Notes under the pieces: model-generated | The model's input: only the letters and a program-made list of their open reading frames with translations | Database searches by the model: none | What the model was told of the DNA's origin: nothing | In this document: positions 14,849 through 28,211 of the stretch, in pieces | Numbering within the stretch: position 1 is the stretch's first letter | Layout: each line of letters starts with the position of its first letter | Translations under genes and position numbers: made by a program | NCBI GenBank assembly: GCA_012295275.1 | Contig: CM022679.1 | Location: forward strand, 29,202,001-29,266,000 | Reading direction: 5' to 3' | Source: Chrysomallon squamiferum | Lineage: Eukaryota; Animalia; Mollusca | Length of the DNA: 64,000 nt

Positions 14849-15614
14849 GAGCGTGAACAAAACAAGAAATGGCTGCTTCGTGTGCCATTGTCTCAGCCGA
14901 TGTCCCTGCCAGGCAGGACAATGTCCACACGTCTGCTGCGGAAATATCATGATACAAAGACGGCCAATTCCTCGACGACGCAGGAAAACGAGAATCTCCT
15001 GCCAGTGTTTGACAAGAGCAAACAGACCAATCAGGTATCGCGTTACAATCAATGACAGACGTTTCCATTGGCCGGGATGTGATTGAATAACAGCTTCAGT
15101 CTCACTCTGCAGGTGCACAAATCACATGACAACTTTTTTTTTTTTTTTTTTTTAAATTTAAAGCTGATACCTTTGATCTTGATTCTTTTTTTCCTTTTTT
15201 TGGGGGGGGGTCATTTCTGTTTCTTTTTTTATTAATTCTTAAAAAAAAAAAGAAAGAAAGAAAGAAATTAATTAATTTTAAAAAATGTTTTCAGTTATGA
15301 AAACTGTTTTAATATGAACATATTAAAATTTAAGAAAGTAATGAAATTTTCTCACTGAGTTACTTTCTAAAATTTTGGAAAAGAGAATGAAATGAAAGAA
15401 CTGAACAGATCAGTTGATATGAAAAGGTTTACTCTGCAAACTTAATTAATATATTTATGTTCTTTGGATATTTCTGGATAATATTCTGATTTTGTTATTA
15501 TTGTTGCTGTTGTTGTTGTTATTTTCTGTTTATTCATTTTGGCAAGTAAAAACGAAGACAGTAATATTAAAAATTAAGTTTCAGGAAAAAACAATCACCA
15601 CTGGAAGGAAGGAA

Positions 15615-15619
<5 letters not shown>

Positions 15620-15709
<90 letters not shown>

Positions 15710-15712
15710 AGA

Positions 15713-15799
<87 letters not shown>
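15620..15799. repeat. (GA)n microsatellite, about 180 bp
   Basis: Visible directly. Other long GA/CT tracts are at about 5486-5595, 9366-9478, 11544-11618, 12041-12132, 12843-12900, 22463-22560, 29233-29480, 33172-33238, 47717-48025, 48680-48775, 52261-52321 and 54992-55070. Confidence 0.97.
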
Positions 15800-15802
<3 letters not shown>

Positions 15803-16653
15803 GTTTGAAATGTGAGAGAAATACGAGTAGAAACAGGAAAAAAAAAAAAATGACAAGACAAAAAAGACAAAAATAATCAGATAAAAAGGATATCAACACA
15901 GTAACAACAAATTAAATTTTTAATTTGGTCAGTCTCCTGTCTTGAAACTAAATCCCGTATTCTATTTAAACAGATTTTAACCCGACCTGACAGCAGCACA
16001 AAGTGAAAAATGAGAAACAATTATTTTTCAGGCAGATGACGGATGACATTAAACGGACTCAGCTCCACAGAACTTCCAGCAACAGTTAAACAAACAGAAA
16101 CAGGAAAACACAATCTCCACAGACATTAAGACCATTCAGATACCATTTAGACCGTTTATAAACACATCCATTAAAATATAAACCAGAAAATACCAAGCCG
16201 AATGCTGTTAGATAGAATCTGATTTATATTTAATAACATTTAGCCATTTGTTAATTAGATGACGGTGCACACTAAAATGGAAGCTTTTACCAAAGAAGAA
16301 AGTGACATTTAAGTAAAGCTATTTTCTATACAACATATATACCGAAAAAAAAGAGAAAAAAGTTCTAATTCAGAAGGTCAGAGGAAACAGTGCCATCATT
16401 AGGAGAACAAACAACAAGAATGTGATAACAATACAAAACACAGAGCTGATGAATACAGCTATTCAGATGATAATAAACTATCTCTTAATTTGTACATCAA
16501 AATATTACTTATAATTCAATCTGCTGCTAAGAAAATGTGATTTATAAACTGGGAAAGGATTGGATGAGATTTCATTCTTACTGAACTGTTACTAAGATTC
16601 ATCATCATCATCATCATCATAATCATTTTATTGTTCTTCTTCTTCTTATTATT

Positions 16654-16684
<31 letters not shown>

Positions 16685-17074
16685 TTATTTTTTTTCTTCT
16701 TCTTATTATTATTATCAATATTATTTATTATTATTATTATCGTTCTTCTTCTTCTTCTTCTTTGTTGCTGATGCTGCTTTTGTTGTCATCATCATTGTTA
16801 TTCATCAAGAGCTTATGAAAGTATGAACAAAATTCTTCTGTTTGGTCAACAATATTTTGTTTTGTTTTTTCAGTGAAGCTGTTTCTGTTTTGCTGACAAG
16901 AAGGATTGAGGTTGCTACATGTACGTCTGCTGGCATTCCAGCCACTGACGTTTCACCACTTCTAACAGGACCACAAAAACACAAACATCATAAATGATTC
17001 TAATCTTTTACCAAAATTTTGTGCATCTATAATGTAATAAACCACAGCAAAAGACCTCCTGTGCCAAAACACCT

Positions 17075-17087
17075 GTTGCCTAGCAAC
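17075..17087. promoter_or_regulatory. RFX X-box motif GTTGCCTAGCAAC
   Basis: Exact match to GTNRCC(N0-3)RGYAAC, with an extra half-site TAGCAAC at 17094-17100. Motif match only. Confidence 0.5.
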
Positions 17088-17855
17088 AATGCTTAGCAAC
17101 CAGAGAGAAACAACCAAAAAAAACCCCAATCACAAACAAGAGCCAAACTAATTAGAAACCAGTAACAAACAATGAATCAAACTATCAGAACGTATTTAAC
17201 CAACCAATAGTAAACGTCGAAACAAAACAGCAAACACGTATCAGCCAATGAGAAAATCCGTAACAACAAGACTCATGATTCAACAGTAGCATTCTTCCAT
17301 AACTCTCGTTCTCCCATAAATCTGTTTTCTGAGGTCTGATGGAAAGCCGATAGTAATAATGCCTTAGAAAGTGTTAATTGTAAAATTACAACCGTACGCA
17401 CAGTTTTTTATGAATATTCAAATGATTGCAGGAACCGATTAATTGGAATTTCATGCCTGTCGATGAAAGAATAATGGGGATTAATTTCCTCCCATTGAAA
17501 AGAAACGTGAACTTGAAAGGAACGTTGAGAAGAAAAGGGTGGTAAAGAGAATAAAATTCATTCCAGTATTTCTGTAACAAGTGAAGTGTTTCGTTTGCAA
17601 CTGTGGAAATTGTTTAAAAGATGATGTCCATTTTTTAAATTTATTTATTTTTTTCACTTAAATTCTCTTTATGATATTTCAAAATGAAAAAAATAAAAAG
17701 ATTATTTCTAATGACAAAAATGATGAGTTGTAATATATGAATAAAAATTAGACAGTACTTTTTCTTGGTTTTAGTTTGGCTATTTATAATTTATTTATTT
17801 ATTTATTTATTTATTTATCATCCTGTAAAAATGAAAACAGCAAAATTACTGGTTC

Positions 17856-17891
<36 letters not shown>

Positions 17892-18452
17892 ACCTTACCT
17901 AATATTTAAAAAGAAAACCATTTCTAGACAGACAGACAGACTGACAAACAGGTATTTTCTGTTTGAGAACAGGTTAAATGAGTTTTATCAGGAATCAGTA
18001 AGATTACCATTTTTAATTTCATTTTTATAAATAATTTACCCCCAAAAAATGAAATAAACATTTGAGAAAAAAATTTAAACATTAAAACATTATTTCTTTT
18101 CAAAAAAAAAGAAAAACATGGGAAATAATATTCCATTAAATAATTAACCAGAATAAACAGTGAAACAAGAAATTAATCTGTATTAATACAACCAGACATA
18201 CAGACACTGGGATGGCCTGCACTGAAAACATCAACAAACAAATCAGAAAAATCTGTGTCTGTCTTAATCCCCTTTCTTAAACTGAGATATAATAACACAA
18301 AGAAAGCTGAACACAATTAAATCCTAATCAATATTAATGAATATTAGTTTGTATTACCTTGGACTACTTTTTTAATATTGATTTCTTATCAAACACTTGA
18401 CAAGACACTGTGAGAAATGCAATATGACTTCAAAGATCTTAAATATTAAGAA

Positions 18453-18481
18453 TCCTATTTCCCAATCCAGCCTCTGCTCCA
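18453..18481 (-). repeat. Right arm of a 29-bp inverted repeat (partner 7506-7534)
   Basis: TCCTATTTCCCAATCCAGCCTCTGCTCCA on the + strand. Confidence 0.9.
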
Positions 18482-18687
18482 TGTATAGTATCAGTGATCA
18501 TGATAATAATTGCTTTCATGTTCATATTTATATGCATGATTTTTATTTAAAATTATTTCATTAAAATAATAATAATAATAATAAAATATAATAATAATAA
18601 TAAATATGTAATAATAATAATAGTAATAATAATAAAAATAATAATAATAAATAATAATAATAATAATAAAAATAAAAATAAATTTAC

Positions 18688-18873
18688 CTTTTGTAAAAGA
18701 TTTTTTTCTGCTAAATGAAAGACTGATAACAGTTCATCTTCGGTCACCTGGCGTCTAATGAGAATTAGCAGACGCTGTTTCCATAGCAACACAGACTGAG
18801 GAAACTGCTTTGTTCCCAGTTCAGCAACTTCCACCAGTTTGTCAGTGAGATCCAGATCATTTAGAAGTGCAGA
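18688..18873 (-). CDS. UTP6: UTP6 internal coding exon (186 nt, phase 0 to 0): SALLNDLDLTDKLVEVAELGTKQFPQSVLLWKQRLLILIRRQVTEDELLSVFHLAEKNLLQK
   Basis: ttgtttcag|TCT...AAG|gtaaat, inside ORF 18553..18882(-). HAT-repeat pattern (F-P-x-S-x-x-L-W). Resembles human EALEVAVAGTELFRDSGTMWQLKLQVLI (recalled). Confidence 0.92.
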
Positions 18874-19877
18874 CTGAAACAATATAAACAGTAAATTATT
18901 TTTAAAGTTTCATTTCATGTATTTTGTCCATCATTTAAATTGTAATTTAAAAAAGAAAAAAGAAAAAAGAAATTAAATTTTTATTTATTTTACAAAATGC
19001 ATTTCTTTATTTAGTAATTTTCTTAATTATTTTATTTTATTATTATTTTTTTTTGTTTGTTTATTGCTGTTCTTATTGTTGTTGTTGTTGTTGTTGTTGT
19101 TACTGTCGTACATTTTTAAATATGTTTTAAAAAGTTTTTGCTTTAGAATATATTATCTTTTATTTATATAGCTTTTAAAAAAAGTTTATATTTTTTACAT
19201 TATTTATTTATTTATTTAAATTTTATTTATTTAACTTGTTTCTTTTACAAAATATTCTTAATATTTAATTAAAGTTTATTTATTTATTTATGTTAGTTTT
19301 TTTATAAATTTTCTTTTTACAGGTATACTAAATTTTATTTTATTTATTTATACCTTTTACAACCCTTTTTAGATTATTTTTATCTTATTTGATTTAAATT
19401 GTATTTATTCCTTTTTTTTATTATTATTGAGGTTTGTTTTATATATATATATATTTACATAAAAACTAATTTTAATTAATTAATTTGTTTATTTATTTTA
19501 TTTTATTTTTTTTTTTCATTATTATTATTATTATTATTTTTTTAAATTCTAAATTAATTTTGTTTCTTTATTTTTCATAATTTTTTTCATTATAATTCAA
19601 ATTTTAATTCATTTATTTTCATTTGCTACTTCCATAGACAGTAATAATACTCCATCTGAGGTTTATCTGTTTCCTAGGTAACAGAAGTAGTTGTTCAGAA
19701 TATGGCATGTCACTATAAATGTCCCTTCACTGTTTACGAGTTTTCTTAATCTCTCACAATTTCAAAAAACCACAGGATAACCAATTTAATATGGTGTTGT
19801 TAACCAGATTTTTATCTTTTTTTTGTCAGTAAACCTCAAACATAACACGTGAACAATAATTTATAAATTCCTGTGAG

Positions 19878-19913
<36 letters not shown>

Positions 19914-20008
19914 AAATTCAATTATATGGTTATTATATGTATGTGAATTTAAATTGTTATATTAGCTATCTTTTTCACATCAAAATAATAAAAACATGCC
20001 ATATTTGC

Positions 20009-20042
<34 letters not shown>

Positions 20043-20392
20043 TAATACCAATGTTAATATTATTATAAATAAAATTATTGAAAATATATTTGTTTAAATG
20101 TGTCATCAAATCAAAAATAAATAAACAAACAAACAAACAAACAAACAAAAAAACAAACATCTAATAAAATTGGAATAATTTTTCGTCCATTTCTGTTTGG
20201 GAGAAACATCATCCAAAAATGGAAACTAAATTCTTGAATATCAAAATAAATCTAAAAATCAACATTTAACATGATATTGCATTACTTTTGTGCAGAATTG
20301 AAAATTAAATGTATAAAATTGTATAAAATTTACACACACACACACACACAACCACACACACACACACATATATATTATTGTATGTATAAATG

Positions 20393-20426
<34 letters not shown>

Positions 20427-20881
20427 AGTGTGTGAGTGTTTATGTGTTTAAAGAAATAAAAATACAAAAATTAATTTAAAAGATTGTTATTTTTTTTTAA
20501 ACCTGTAAACAATTCTTTATCTCATATCGACCTGTCGCACATCATTATGTTTCTCATCTATTTATCGCACACAACTCCTCCTATTGTACATACAAGGTGT
20601 TGTTTTGCACGTCTAATCCCTACTCTTTTATTGTGTTTTGTTTTGTCTGGTCACGCAGTTTCATGGGAAACAGTTTAGCAGAGACAATTCAGTCAAGCGC
20701 AACCACACACCTTTTGTTGCTCGGAGCTGTCTCGTTATTCAAAGGCAAACAGCAGAAAAGAAACCTGCCCACACAACAGGCCACACACATGCGAGGTCAT
20801 CTCAGTCTTTTAAAAAACAATTTGAGGTTTTTCCTGCACGCACAAGACTATTATTGGAAATTATTATTATTATTGTTATTA

Positions 20882-20946
<65 letters not shown>

Positions 20947-21468
20947 TTATTATTTATTATTTTTTATTTTTTATTTAGTTATTTATTTATTTATTTAATT
21001 TTTAAATTTTCATAATAAAGGGCAATTAATTCTTATAGCATCAACATATACATACTTTCTGTCAATCCATTTTATTTTTGTATTGGCTTCTGATATTAAT
21101 AAATATATTTTGTATATTATCAAGTAATAATTTCAATTTGTTTTATTTTATTAAAGCTTAATAGTATAAATAAATAAAGTCTTCTTGTGATCAACAAATA
21201 GTTGGACTATATTTTGCAGGTGATTTTTAAGATTTAAAACTGGAGCCCAAACTTTGTTAATAATAAATTATTTCAAAACTATAAGTTGTTATATATTAAT
21301 GTCAGCTATTTCTCCTTCACATTCATGTAAAATAAAAAAAAATTAAAATAGAGTGAGAAAAAGAGAAGAAAAAACAAAATTACAATAAAGCAAAATAAAA
21401 AAAATGAGGTTATAAAGATGGCCTCCATTAATGAACACCTCAGTTAAGGTGTATCTATTTTTACTTAC

Positions 21469-21546
21469 CCAATCAGAAAACAGATCTTCACTGACTTTGT
21501 TTTCATTGGCTGCCCTGTCAAACAAGTCCAAAACGTGCTGTGTACG
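21469..21546 (-). CDS. UTP6: UTP6 internal coding exon (78 nt, phase 0 to 0): RTQHVLDLFDRAANENKVSEDLFSDW
   Basis: ttttatttccag|CGT...TGG|gtaagt, inside ORF 21343..21576(-). Resembles human RLERTMTVFRKAHELKLLSECQYKQL (recalled). Confidence 0.88.
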
Positions 21547-21610
21547 CTGGAAATAAAAACATTTAACTGCTGTCAAAGAGAAAATTTGTATTTTAAATAA
21601 AAAGTATAAA

Positions 21611-21653
<43 letters not shown>

Positions 21654-22456
21654 ACTGTGCATGTGTGCGTTTGTGGGTGTGTGTAAGAAATAATTATAAA
21701 ACTGTGAGTAAGGAAGTATTCCTGGTAAATCCAGTGTGACTAATGGAGGAATCAGTGACATGACACAGACATGAAAAACTTTGTAACAGGAGAGTGATCA
21801 GCTGATAACACTTGTAACCAACATCAGTGATCTCATAGGAAAAAGCCGTAAACAGAAAATTAAAAATAGAAAATAAAAAATTAATAATAATAATAAAAAC
21901 AATAATAACAATAATAACATAATAACTATAATGATAATAATAATAAATAAAACAACAAACAAATAAACAAACAAATAAAAACCTCAACAATAAAAAACAA
22001 AACAAAATAAAACCGTCACATAAAACATCTTTTCCAGCAGCAACATATATATTACTTTTATTTCGGGTGTCAGAAAAGTGTCACACAAACGTGTAAAAGC
22101 CCATCTAATGTCCAAAGCAGCAAGGTCAAAAGAGTCCAGTTCTTGTTTCCGAAACAAAAACTGTACCCACAACAACCAGCAGTTTAACCTCGTTCAGCAC
22201 GAAGGTAACATTAGTGTTCTCTGAGCTCGTGTGCGAAACCACACAGAAAGAGTCGCATGTTCGTTCAAAGAAAATGTTTTGTAAAACTCTGCAATTAGTC
22301 AGATAAAATTTCACAGGCCAGAAAAAAAGAAGAAAAAAGAGTGAATTTTGTGAAATGAACACCTACTGATGTAATTTGTCAAACAGGTTCAACAGTTTGG
22401 TGTGAAAAGTAAAAACATTTAAGTCAGATGGTGATTTGACGTGTTATGATGTCTTT

Positions 22457-22544
<88 letters not shown>

Positions 22545-25500
22545 GAGAGAGAGAAAGAGAGGGTAAAAATGATTCAGAAATGTTTTGTTTTAGTCAAATG
22601 TTGATAAAAACTGATTTTTCTTTTGTGTGTTTTGGTTTAAACAGATTTAAAATTTTTGTCATTTTTGTTTTGGTTGTTGGGTTGTTAGTGTTTTTATTAC
22701 TGCCAACTCTAATACTACTGCTGCTGCTGTTGTTGTTGTTGTTGTTGTTTTAAATAAGGAGAATGAAGGAATGGAAAATATATAACTAAATTAATTGAAT
22801 GTAAATAAATAAATAAATAAAATAAAGTAAAATAAACAACAATGATGAATGTTATAAACTGACCATCAAGAAAGTAAAATAAAAACGTGAAAGAAAGAAA
22901 ACAAACAAATATCAGCCTAGCCATGTATATGTATCTATCAACAGATTTATCAAATATAAAACAAAATAATAATAAATTTCACACACTACACAACTCATAT
23001 TTTTATCATTTTTAAAACTAAAACAAATAAATCCAAATATTCAAAAATACTGAACACAGAGTTATGTAATTCTGGCGTACAGTAACCGTGACAAAGTCAA
23101 GATGATGATTTCTCTGAAATCAAACGACTCTTCCCTCTCTTGTTACACACAGTTTCTGACCACAAAGAAAACTTCCAGACCAAATTCTCCATGAAAAGAC
23201 AACTAATTAAATATTCAAGTGTTGCTAAACCTGAACTTTGTTGCTAAATTTGGCCATTGATACAAACTGAACAATCTTCAGAACCCTGGACCCTGATTCA
23301 GTTCAAACAGTCTTTGGAAGCCTGGTCTTAATACCACTGAAACAGTCTTCAAACCTCGAACAAGTGACACCACTTCAACGTGGCCACTGATACTACTACT
23401 ACAGCAACCTCTGTAAGACTGGTCATTGATAGCAAACTGCACACTCCAGCCTCCTGTCCAGTAACAACAAAGACATTTCCTCCAGTCATCAGAGTTACAC
23501 ACAGAATGAAGCATTTTGGATCAAAGCAGCTCTTTTCATCTGCTTCATTTATCACACGTTCAAATTTGCTCATAATTAGCCATCTGGAAATGCTCCTTGA
23601 GTGATGTCAAGAATGGGAAATTCGGTCCTTCTTGCTACCATTGACACATTTTTGTGTCTGTGTTGAAAGGAAAGGACACTTGTATGATCAGACATTTAGG
23701 TATGGGATGAAGTAATTAGTTGTTAATTAGAATGATCAACTAGTGAATAACCCACCCCCCACCCCTACTCCTGAACAGACATCTTTACATCTCCATGACA
23801 ACTGAAGAACACACGAGAAGCATGCAGAGGTTCTTGTGTCATACCAAACTGGTCAGTAATTAAAGTTTTCCAAAAACTTTTCCAGAAGAGAAAAAAAATC
23901 AAGAATTAAAGAAGCATTTTTTTACTGTCTACACGAGAACTAAACAGATATTTTTTATTTCTGTGACTTCATTAAAGAAAGTTTGGCTACTGTTTGAAAA
24001 CTGAGCAATAATTAGGAATCTGTACAAGATTTTTAACAAAAAGCCCAATACAGGAAACCTTAAAATATGTATTCTGGTACTGACAAAATGAAATGAAGTG
24101 ACTAAATATTTCAGTACATGCCAATTAAATGAAGTGTCTAAAGATAAATTTGTTTCAGTGACCATTCCAAATATAATGTTTAAAAAATATGTTTTATATA
24201 CTGATCAAATAAAGTATACACAGATACGTATTTTTGTACTGACCAATGAAATGATGTGTTTAAAGATATATTTTTCTAATGACCAATCAAATAAGCTGAT
24301 TTAAAACATACCTTTACTTTGTGTAATGAAATGAATTATTAAAAATATTTTTTAAAAAGTCATAAAGTAACAAGAAACAAGGTAAATATAAATATGAAGG
24401 GAACATAAAACCCCCAAATATTATTAAAAATAAAATTTAATGTATGTATGTATGTATGTATGTCTGTATGTATATCAATAAATAAAGAGGAAAAGATAAA
24501 GAACTGAAATATATAACTCATAAAATTAAATTAAATTAAATCACACATAATAATAATTTTTAAAATTTTGTTTAATTAAAATAATTTAAAGATAAAAAAA
24601 ATAAATAAATAATAAAAAAAAAAAAAAAAAAGACCAGCCATTACCAATTACCTGAACCACCTGAAGATAAAAATGTTTAATTAAGAAACCAGACGATGCC
24701 TATTTGTACCCGAGTAATGAAAATAACAAGAGTCCAGAAGAAGGAACGAACTCTTTAAAGTGGACAATCAGCTGACCTGCTGACCATGTGTCTGTAACAA
24801 ACATCCACTTGTAACACGCAGAGATTTGCCGATCATATTAACACGTCCACACACACCTGTCAGGCAGGAGACAAAGGGTGTGGCAGATGGGGCGGTGGGT
24901 ATCAAACAGCCCCACACTGGATACTTTACATTCATCTGTAGCAATACGGAGAGAAAGAGATGTATCCAGCACACGCCAGAGAGCTGCCAGGTTCGGGATT
25001 AGGGTCGTGTTGTTGTTGTTGGCGACATTTTGCCGTCTGCCAGGAGGGTAGCAGTGGAGAGGTTTGACAGTCAGAGAAACAAGATGGCCACAAAGAAATG
25101 ACGAAAACAAAAGATCACGTCTATGACCCGATCATGTCCAGTTTGATGTTTTGTACGTTTAGTGATTTTGTTTTTGTTCTTTAGATTTTAGTAACATTTT
25201 ATTTGTTTATCATTTAGTCAGATTCAAATTTATATAGAAAATATGTATGTATATATATATATAAACATATAAATGTACATGTCACATACATACAGCTCAT
25301 TTCCCTATATAATCCTGAGAAAAAGAAAAAAAATTCCTTTCTCAGTGACTTCTTAAATTTAATATTCTATGAATACAAAAAAAAAAAAAATTTATATAAA
25401 AGAATAAAATAATAGAAAAAAAGAAAAGAAAAAGAAAAGAAAATAAAAAAGGAAAAGGAAAAAAATAAAAAAAAAAAGAAAAAAAAAAAAAAAAATTTTA

Positions 25501-26043
25501 TCTTTCATTCATACGATAATTTAATCCATCTTCCTAAACAAACAAGATAAAATATCGCTGCTGTCTAATCATGCAGACAACTGGACGTCTAAGCAGCCAT
25601 GTTCAGCCAGACATTTATAAACTGTCACAACAACATCACAGCCGTGAAGATAACAACTTTTTAACAGCAACGTAAACAGCGTAAACATAACGATCTGTTT
25701 ATCTTACACCTGGACACAATATCCTGCCATAAATATCCTTACAAAGTATCCTAGCTTTACAGCGAGAGAGGATGGCTTGGCAACACTAAACACCAATTCA
25801 TTGCAACAGTCAATTTCGAATAAATTTAACTGTTCTGTCAAATAAATGTCGAACTAGATGACAAGGTCATTAGTCACCTGAAGTAGGTTTTGATAGAGAA
25901 ACAGATGCCACAGGTAAAAACTGTCCAGGTTAGGACAGGTGAGGACAATGGTGGCTGGAATCCATGAACGTTTGTATTATCTTTATTAAGTGGGGTTCAG
26001 TGACAAAACTGTGGGTTGTTTGCGGTTATTAACAGAAAATCAC

Positions 26044-26120
26044 CTTTTCTTTATGTTTGTCTGTTCCCGGCCATCGTCTCATCATCATTGACGTCTTTAT
26101 GTACAGCGTCCACATTTCAT
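26044..26120 (-). CDS. UTP6: UTP6 internal coding exon (77 nt, phase 1 to 0): (x)EMWTLYIKTSMMMRRWPGTDKHKEK
   Basis: Minus strand reads ttgtttacag|AT GAA ATG TGG...GAA AAG|gtgatt. The peptide resembles human UTP6 EAMWKCYITFCLERFTKKSNSGFLRGK (recalled) and splices in frame to the next exon. Not in the ORF track. Confidence 0.85.
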
Positions 26121-26198
26121 CTGTAAACAAAAATATAAATATTTAAATATTCAGTAAATCAAAAGATTAAATAAATAAAGAAGAACTAAAAGAAAGAG

Positions 26199-26236
<38 letters not shown>

Positions 26237-26850
26237 AAGTAGAAAGAGAAGGAAGAAAGAAAAAAGAAACAAAGAAAGGAAAAATAAATAAAGAATGAAT
26301 GAATATAAAAGAATGGAAAGAAAGATGGAAAAAGAAAGGAAAGAGAGAAAAGAGATAAAAATGAAGGAAAGAAAAATCAGATGATAAAATTAACGATTAT
26401 TTCAAATAACTTGGTGGAAAAGAGTGGATGGTTTTTTTTTTTTTAATTTATATTACTATTTTTATCTATCTTCTAAAACAATTAAATGTCCTATAAATCA
26501 ATTTTTTTTTTGTTGTGTATGGTTTGCAAGTGTTTAACATCTGAAAAAAACAACAAATAAATCCAGTAAATCAGCTTAAAAAAAATTAACATAAAATTTT
26601 AATAATAAGAGTTTTAAATATTTAAAAAGCATGAAACAGACATTGATTAAGCAATTTCACTGATGAATAGGGTCTGGATCTTTCATTAAACATGAATGAA
26701 TGAATGAATGAATAAATAAATATAAGAAAAGTAATAAAAGAGAAAAATGTATATAAATGAAATTTGAATAATTAACAAAATATGTAACTACAAAAAAACA
26801 AACATTTTAAAGATGCTATGCTCTTGGCAGTCATAAATTAAAATAAAATA

Positions 26851-26904
<54 letters not shown>

Positions 26905-28180
26905 TAAAAATAATAAACAAATAAATAAATAAATAAATAATTAAAAAAAGGTGAATAAATAAATAAAATGTAATGTAATGTAATGCAATGTAATGTAATA
27001 AAAAGCTTTGAATCAAATAACAAAGAAGAAGAAACCAATAACCAATCAAAACAGCAGCTAGAATTAGAAAAAAAAAAAAAGAAGAAGAAGAAGAAAATAA
27101 AAGACTTGATAAACCAAGGATTAAAAAAAAGCCTTCATTCACGACATCTTTCCTCGGAAAAACACAAAGAAAAACGACATCATCGCGCACAGTTGACAGA
27201 ACGTCAGTGATCTGATCTGCCGATCCATTCACGCGACAGGTAACACTAACCGCAGCCAGCTTATGTCGAGGAAATTAAAAGTTAATTCCTCCTTTGAAGC
27301 GCCACAAAGACATCACAGGGGAAAGTGAAAACAAAGAGCTCGGTGGTTTTAACTCGGGTTGCATAACTCGTCGCAGATTTTGATTTGTGACTTACGTAGA
27401 AATGATGACACGCAAAACAACAGGACACGGTTAAACGCTCACAAAGACTTTCCCCGTATTTTTTATCGTCACCGATTCGATACATGATGTAATCTCAGAG
27501 GGGAAGGGAAAATGGCTGATTCTGGTCGAATGGATCTGTTTTACAGACAAACGGAATGATTGACAGTGATAAGTTTGTGAGTTACACAGAGAGGATGTGA
27601 AGCAAATGGAAGGCTTCTTGGGAAAGATAAAGTGCAAGGATAATGGATGGATATTTAAACGTGATTTTTATCTTATCTATGCAAAGCTGGAGAGTCGCTG
27701 GTTCAAATGCTGTTAGTAGGAAGGCAGAGTTTGAGGGTTTTTTTTTGTTTTTTTTTGTTAATTATCTGATTGTAATGAGATAGTTATCAAAGTAATGAAT
27801 ACAGAAATCTATACGAAAACAAATATAATAGATTACATAATTACACTTACATACACATAAAAACATACACATATATGAACAGACCAACACATATATACAA
27901 ATACACACACACACCAAATATATATTTTATATAGAGAAAGTTTTTTTAAACTTAGCAACAAATATTGTATTCAAAAAGACACAGAAATTAAGACAAAACT
28001 GAAACCAAACAATTACCTCAGAAATACAAAATATATTCATTCAACAAACTAATAATAATAACAGTAGTTATTACTAGTAATGAAGATGATGATGATGATA
28101 ATAATAAAAATAAAAATAATCACAATAACAGACAAAATAAAATAAAATAAAACAACAGTGATAATAATAATAATAATAAA

Positions 28181-28211
<31 letters not shown>

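Noticed and set aside
23102-23159. C/D-box snoRNA-like ATGATGA...CTGA
   Set aside because: Antisense to the host gene, short, with no good terminal stem or recognisable rRNA guide. I found no convincing sense-strand snoRNA by eye; snoscan or Infernal would be needed to exclude one.
23278-23604. Overlapping 74-78 aa ORFs in a complex-sequence island
   Set aside because: No recognisable family or convincing splice sites, and the flanking UTP6 exons already join without a gap.
26983-27210. Lysine-rich + strand ORF resembling a nuclear protein fragment
   Set aside because: The composition comes from poly-A and (GAA)n runs, with no splice or homology support.
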